A stretch of 64,000 nucleotides of DNA from Williopsis jadinii (taxonomy: Eukaryota), in assembly GCA_024346625.1 (NCBI GenBank), contig AP024667.1, positions 930,001 through 994,000 of the forward strand, read 5' to 3'. Shown here piece after piece: positions 58,467 through 64,000 of the stretch (position 1 is its first letter; each line of letters starts with the position of its first letter). Under the pieces are notes generated by a model, which saw only the letters and a list, made by a program, of their open reading frames with translations, was not told the DNA's origin and searched no databases. A program made the position numbers and the translations under genes.

Positions 58467-59786
58467 TCATTTCACTGAAGCACGTCTCTTTCTGGATTCC
58501 TCCTCTAGCAAACTCAGCCTCATGGCTTCTTGGATCATTTTCTGTTCAATTTCATTCTCATTTGATTGAATCAACATGTTGCTAGCGTGAATAGCACTTG
58601 CAGCTGCAGCTCTTTTGGCCAATTTGGCCCTGGCATTATTGAGGTTCTGTTCCCAGTCAGGTCTGATGAAATCAGTTGTAATTACTTGTGGGTGAGTAGC
58701 AGGTAAAGACCCACGACGTTGTGTTGCTATACTCATTGCACTTGCCATAGATGCCTTTCTGAAGTAATTCTCTTGGACTTCAAACGCATTCAGATCTTCC
58801 TCGTCCGTAATAGCATCAGTGGTAGTATTGCCGTTACCGGATGATTTCAGTGGGGATTTGAACAACGCAGGAGGGATACCTCCCAACCCTGTACGGATGT
58901 AGGCCGGTGGTGAATAGATAACTCCAAAGTTTGGAGTGGCACAGTAAGGACAACATGCATATTCAGAGATTAGTAGGTTTGGATCTTGTTCAGATTTCGC
59001 TTTCTGGTCTTCACCGTTGTTGTCTCCTTCATCGTCATGGTCATGTGGGAGATGCGGTTCCAATCTTTTGATCTGTACAAAGCATTCCGTACATATCGCA
59101 TGGTTGCAACACCGTGAATAGTTCAGCCATCTTGGATAGTAGAGAAAACAAATTGGACACTCGACACTTGTCCGGTACAGCTCTAACTTCAAATCATCCG
59201 ATGCAGCTTGCCTCGACGTTGCTCTTTCTTCGAGATAACGCTTCTCCTCTGCAGCTTGCCACTCTAGCTTCTTCAACTTGAGTTGCTTGTTGAATTTTTT
59301 GGACAGATGACGTCTCAACTCCTTTTTCGATAGTAGGGATTCATCAACAGATGCTTCGTCGTATTCAAGATCTTCATCTTCGTCTTCCGCCTCGTGCGGT
59401 AAAGCGTGTAATTTCAACTTGCTCAACACCGCCAACAGATCTTCATCAGTCCAGGACGCATCAAAGTCCTGCAGAGGAGTATAAAAAGGTGCCAATTTCC
59501 TCTCTATTATTGCCTCTTTGACAACGCTGATCTGGTAGTCCAAGTTCAAGTTATAAGTACCGTACGGTGCGAGATACCCTCCATCAACGTTCTCGTCATA
59601 CTTCACAAGCAGACCACGGGCGTGCGCCTCTTTGAGCTTCTCTCTCTCTGAGCGGCTAGACCGTTTGACCTTTATCGTCGGTCCACGTAGCGAGCCACCG
59701 ATGAGGCCGCCCGTGCCTATGCTTCCAGTGAACGAGCTCCCACGACGGCGTCCGCCACGGTCCTCCTTTGCTGGAACGTTACCCAT
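58467..59786 (-). CDS. SIP5: Sip5 (Snf1/Reg1-interacting RING-like protein)
   Basis: MGNVPAKE, ENVDGGYLAPYG, RKLAPFYTPLQD, ECPICFLYYP, CCNHAICTECFVQIKR, CPYCATPNFGV, IRPDWE, AMRLSL. Confidence 0.95.
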   Translation of the reverse strand: MGNVPAKEDRGGRRRGSSFTGSIGTGGLIGGSLRGPTIKVKRSSRSEREKLKEAHARGLLVKYDENVDGGYLAPYGTYNLNLDYQISVVKEAIIERKLAPFYTPLQDFDASWTDEDLLAVLSKLKLHALPHEAEDEDEDLEYDEASVDESLLSKKELRRHLSKKFNKQLKLKKLEWQAAEEKRYLEERATSRQAASDDLKLELYRTSVECPICFLYYPRWLNYSRCCNHAICTECFVQIKRLEPHLPHDHDDEGDNNGEDQKAKSEQDPNLLISEYACCPYCATPNFGVIYSPPAYIRTGLGGIPPALFKSPLKSSGNGNTTTDAITDEEDLNAFEVQENYFRKASMASAMSIATQRRGSLPATHPQVITTDFIRPDWEQNLNNARAKLAKRAAAASAIHASNMLIQSNENEIEQKMIQEAMRLSLLEEESRKRRASVK

Positions 59787-60600
59787 GTTGTTGCCTTTGC
59801 CTTGCCCTTTCCTTTATGTTATCTTTTGCCTCTCTTCACAAAAGATCAGCCTGTACAATTCACCGTAGCAGCGATTGTCAGTGTTCGTTCTTTCCTTTGT
59901 TTCCCGTCTTTCTTCCTCTTGTCGAGTTGATCTCACGGACGTGTCTAATCACAACCTATCAAACCGGCGTGTTTATGAGTCAAAAGATATCTGTGGGCGG
60001 GAGGCGGAGAGTTCGTTCAGCTGAGTCGACTACTGCTCTCGGTCTCTCTCACGATCTCTGTTTCTCTGTCTCTCACCGTCTCACTGGCTCTGTTCCACTG
60101 TCGCTCTTTAGCGCCCTGTTTGCAGAAGGTTGTTTACTAAGCTGATTTTAACCATGGATAAGTTTTCCCTGCTGTGTCTTTTTTGTGGGCTCCTCAGTTA
60201 ATGCCCGCGGAAAGTTATCATGAAACCAAACGCACACACAAGGCCCCTAATCAGTTTTACACCGAGGTTTGGTACCAAATGTCGTTATTCTGGGACCCAC
60301 GGCACTTCGTATGAATGCTCTCGCGATCCGCCGTGTAATTACCAGCAACCGCCGTGGTCATTCGGCTTGATGCCTCTACAAAACACCGCTAGAATTACCG
60401 CCTACGTTGAATTCCCCCCAGTAAAGGCCCACAGAGCCGGTGGGTTGATAGGTTTAGTGTCAAAGCTCTATGTACTTGCTGCGCACGCATGGGTGATTTT
60501 TAGGGATATTCCGAGCTTCGGTATTTAGAAGTTGTCAGCTTTTATTATACTCACTTGTCTGATTATGTAAGCTGGGTGTTGTTCGAGCCCGTACTGGTCA

Positions 60601-62115
60601 TCAACTCGCTTGTGATATACCGACACCAAATCCAACACCAATCATTGCGAATGCTATCAGTAGCCATAGAACACCTGTTCCAAGACTGGTGTATCTCTTG
60701 ATGTGCGTGGTGTGGCCAATTGCGTCATCCAAGAGTCCGAATCCTAGGAAGAAGAACAACGGTGGTATGATGAACGCGATGAGGTATATCACTATAAACC
60801 ACCGGTTCCGTGCCTTGGTGCGCGTTGTTGATATGCTCTGTAGCTCCCGATCGTATCGTATACGCTGTAGCACGGAGTTGTCTGAAGGGTAGTCGTCACC
60901 TTTCTCGTTTAACAGCCGATCGTTGGAAGCAGCGTCATCGTCCATGGACGATGCCGATGCCGATGAAGGACGCTCTAGCCCAGATGGTTCATCTCGTTTG
61001 GGTTTTAAATGCATTTCCCTTGCCTTGAATGGCTTAGGCTTTCTCTGAAAGGATCCATCTCGAAGTTGATTCGGTTCAAAAGCCATATCATGGCTAAGTG
61101 GACTCGTCGGAGAATGGATAGAAGGTACTATCCCGCTATAGGCTTCAGATTTAACAACAACAGGTTGTGGAGTACCGGCCTTTTGTATGGCAATACGTTC
61201 CGCATTTTGGATCTGGATCAAATGTGGAGTTCCCCTCTGTCTGCGACGCGTTTCCTCCAATTGCCTTATAGAGTCCTGCGTGATTGATCTTAGGGATTTC
61301 GAAGACCTCCCACCACTGGACGAGTCCTTACGTGGTGCCGTACCATCGTGAATTTCCCTCAATAGTCGCAGGTTATCCACGCTGATGTCATGGATTTCAA
61401 CTACGGTCCCAGTGGCATCTTCAACAGCACCGCTGGATGTAGTTGGAGGCAATGGAGCTGCAAATTCTGGAGTCGGAATCCTAGGTATCTGTACTTGTGG
61501 TGCCTGAGACGGCCGTGATCTTTCTGATTCAGAGCTCGACTGCGAAACTGGCTGTCGTATACCTTGTACCAGTGATTCCCTAGAATTACGTACACTGTCG
61601 CCACTGTTCGAGCTTGAACTATGATCCTTGACTGCTTGTGAGTGTTTCTTTCTCAAGTGGAACTCACGTAAGGAACCAGATCGACTCACTCCATGCCCTT
61701 TTGCAGAATATATTCTCGAATTAGAATCAAGATCTGCCAATATATTGCTGTTATTTGGCTCATGGGTCTGCTGCTGTTCTCGTTGTACATGACGCATGCT
61801 GAACGACGATAATCCACTCAGTGAAATGTCCCTTGTGGAATCGTTACCAGATTCATCTATAACGTCTTGATATACGGAGAAGCTTCTGAGAGCACCATCT
61901 TCATCGATATAGGACTCTCTGAACATTGACCTTCTGTTGGAGGAATTATGAGGGTTTGAAGACGAGCTCGAATTGTAGTTTGATGAGTCGCTAGAATTAA
62001 ACATCTGAGACTTATTCAACTGTTTCATCAAGAACGACTCTTCAGAGTCTGTCGATACCGAGTTATCCTGTGGAGACGGCGTGTGGAAGCTTGTACTCCC
62101 GCTGGAGCTGTTCAT
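60601..62115 (-). CDS. Bud8/Bud9-like bipolar bud-site landmark membrane protein
   Basis: Long Ser-rich low-complexity N-terminus with two C-terminal TM segments (IIPPLFFFLG ... IGVGFGVGI), the Bud8/9 C-terminal pattern. Confidence 0.7.
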   Translation of the reverse strand: MNSSSGSTSFHTPSPQDNSVSTDSEESFLMKQLNKSQMFNSSDSSNYNSSSSSNPHNSSNRRSMFRESYIDEDGALRSFSVYQDVIDESGNDSTRDISLSGLSSFSMRHVQREQQQTHEPNNSNILADLDSNSRIYSAKGHGVSRSGSLREFHLRKKHSQAVKDHSSSSNSGDSVRNSRESLVQGIRQPVSQSSSESERSRPSQAPQVQIPRIPTPEFAAPLPPTTSSGAVEDATGTVVEIHDISVDNLRLLREIHDGTAPRKDSSSGGRSSKSLRSITQDSIRQLEETRRRQRGTPHLIQIQNAERIAIQKAGTPQPVVVKSEAYSGIVPSIHSPTSPLSHDMAFEPNQLRDGSFQRKPKPFKAREMHLKPKRDEPSGLERPSSASASSMDDDAASNDRLLNEKGDDYPSDNSVLQRIRYDRELQSISTTRTKARNRWFIVIYLIAFIIPPLFFFLGFGLLDDAIGHTTHIKRYTSLGTGVLWLLIAFAMIGVGFGVGISQAS

Positions 62116-62288
62116 TGTTCTATAGTGATATGGCTATGCTTGTTGCTAGGGTATTGATTGAATGGAATGTTCTTCCACAGACGGATATGGAGCCTCTAAC
62201 ACTGCGATCCTTCGACTTCTCTAGATCCGTTTTCGAGCTTACAAATAGCCAGGACTTGTATCACGGTTCTCTCGCCACGTTCCGAACT

Positions 62289-62346
62289 TTGTCTGTTTGT
62301 TTGTCTGTTTGTTTGTTTGTCTGTTTGTTTGTTTGTTTGTTTGTTT
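62289..62346. repeat. (TTTG/TCTG)n tetranucleotide microsatellite
   Basis: Directly visible upstream of the BUD8/9-like gene. Confidence 0.92.
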
Positions 62347-64000
62347 TGATCGACTCTCATTCACCCCTCTACACGCTTTTCGCACATTTTTCCCTTCATT
62401 CACGCGCGAGAATTACATAATCACACTATTGACATTTTCCCCTTTTAAGTAATTTCCTGATTGGTGTGATTTCTCGTCAGGCAGCCCTCTCAGTGCCTCC
62501 TGGACGGATCTCTCAGAGCGCACGCATGCAATTGTTCAAGTTTTTCTTCTAGAAACCAAATTACGAGGAATTGATGAAAGGCTGGGACGTACAAGTGGCT
62601 GTTGTCGTGAGGTGATCGAGGAATTCATTGGAGCACTCGAATTTCGCAATTCACTTTGGAAGTAAGCAGTGGGTCCTCTGACGACTGTCGGTTCAGAGTT
62701 GTAGAAGGTGATGAGCCAGGCCTTCCTCTGGCCTGTCCCATCCGCAGGCGTATACTGCTTTCGTTCATTGTCGTTGCCAGGGTTCTACTTCTAGCATATC
62801 CAACCCCCTTCATATCACCTTCATACAGATACCGTCACTGCCCATCTGTTTGTAACCTCACGGTCCCATGTCATCATCGTCCACCGCCTTCCCACACGAC
62901 TCTGTCGACCGCGGCCTCAGCATCAGGCCGCATGGAGACGATGACGTCCGGAATTCCCAATACCGGTTGGGAGATGCAAAAATCATCTCTGCGCTATCGG
63001 AATGTGCTGGATGGTATTCAAATGCTACAACCCAGGAGGCGTAAACCTTAAATGGCATCTTAGGGTCCTAACAAGAATGGTACCCTGTGACCAGAAAAAT
63101 AAGGACACTTCTTAAGATGGAACATGAACGTTCGAACTCACCAAGGTCTCAGCCATTGGCAGTGTTCCCACTGCTTAAACGTCTCATGAAATCTAGCAAG
63201 AGAAAAAGCTGTAGTGGTGGTGGTGGAGTTCTCGGAGGGAGGACCTGGGTGGTTGTGTGTGGCCGTGCGTGCCTGTACACCCACGAATTCTCTCGCACCA
63301 AGGAGCCCAAGAGGTTTTGCCGGCCCATCCCGCCTGGAAGAGTTTTTTCCTTTCGCGGCGTGGGAGGCCAGGCAGAAAAACCCATCCAACTCTAATTTTA
63401 CGCGTCTCATTTAGGGGGGAGTAGGCTCGATGGTTCAAATATGGATCCGATACAAAGGTTTGATTGAGAGACACATCCCCCTCTCCCACCACAGTTTTAC
63501 AAATATCTGTGTCTGTGGAACCGGCAGCGTACCTCTGCGCATCTGTTGTCGTTGTAGGTATGTCCTGGTTTGGTGGAACCTTGTACAGATTTATTGTCGT
63601 GCCCATATCTAGGACGTGAGCAATGTAGCCATTGGGACTGTGGACGTGGGCCCCACTGCTGTGAACAATGCGTCACCCAGCATAATAATCTTCTCATGCC
63701 TACACGCAGATGGGAAGAAGCACTGTGAGCTGAGACATGGAAATTTCAATCCAGTGACAGCGGGAGGGAGAGAGGGAAAGGGGGAACCAATTGGGTTAGG
63801 GATACCACACTGCTGGTGTGCAAGCCCTGAAACTGGGTAACCAGTAATTGAGTTCTTGTAGGTAGGGGAGTTATCTCCAGCAACTTTCCAAGGACGAAAT
63901 CTTGGGGCCAAAACCAAAGGTTACTCTTATCCATTTCGGGCACTACACTTTTACCCTTCTAACCTTGTAAACGTGTCTAGGCATAATGGCGCCTTCCTTT

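Noticed and set aside
62400..64000. Numerous short overlapping ORFs or a possible ncRNA
   Set aside because: No recognisable protein, snRNA, RNase P or SRP motifs; likely promoter DNA for the BUD8/9-like gene or for a gene beyond the window

Overview
Gene-dense budding-yeast (Saccharomycotina) chromosomal DNA using the standard code (CTG sits at conserved Leu positions, e.g. FLLTRLK in PEP8), tentatively Cyberlindnera/Wickerhamomyces-like. Gene order: Myb/SANT polyQ factor, a ~10 kb gene-free GC-poorer block, IBA57, RPS5, YAT2, LEU3, GCD11, POP6, DNL4, MDM34-like, orphan membrane ORF, TSR3, PMT6, VRL1 (broken by two +1 frameshifts), SGT2, intron-containing tRNA-Arg(ACG), GRE2-like reductase, CRN1 (2 introns), SEN1, ATG28-like, PEP8/VPS26, a degenerate DAHP-synthase-like gene, SRB6/MED22 (1 intron), SIP5 and BUD8/9-like. 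Most notable: (1) the 10 kb gene desert is a candidate regional centromere, lying near orthologs of genes that flank the paired S. cerevisiae CEN13/CEN15; (2) VRL1 is split by two +1 shifts, each beside a TGA; (3) a DAHP-synthase-fold probable pseudoenzyme; (4) a structured RPS5-YAT2 intergenic segment with long hairpins and telomere-like repeats. All gene calls come from remembered family motifs; no searches were run.
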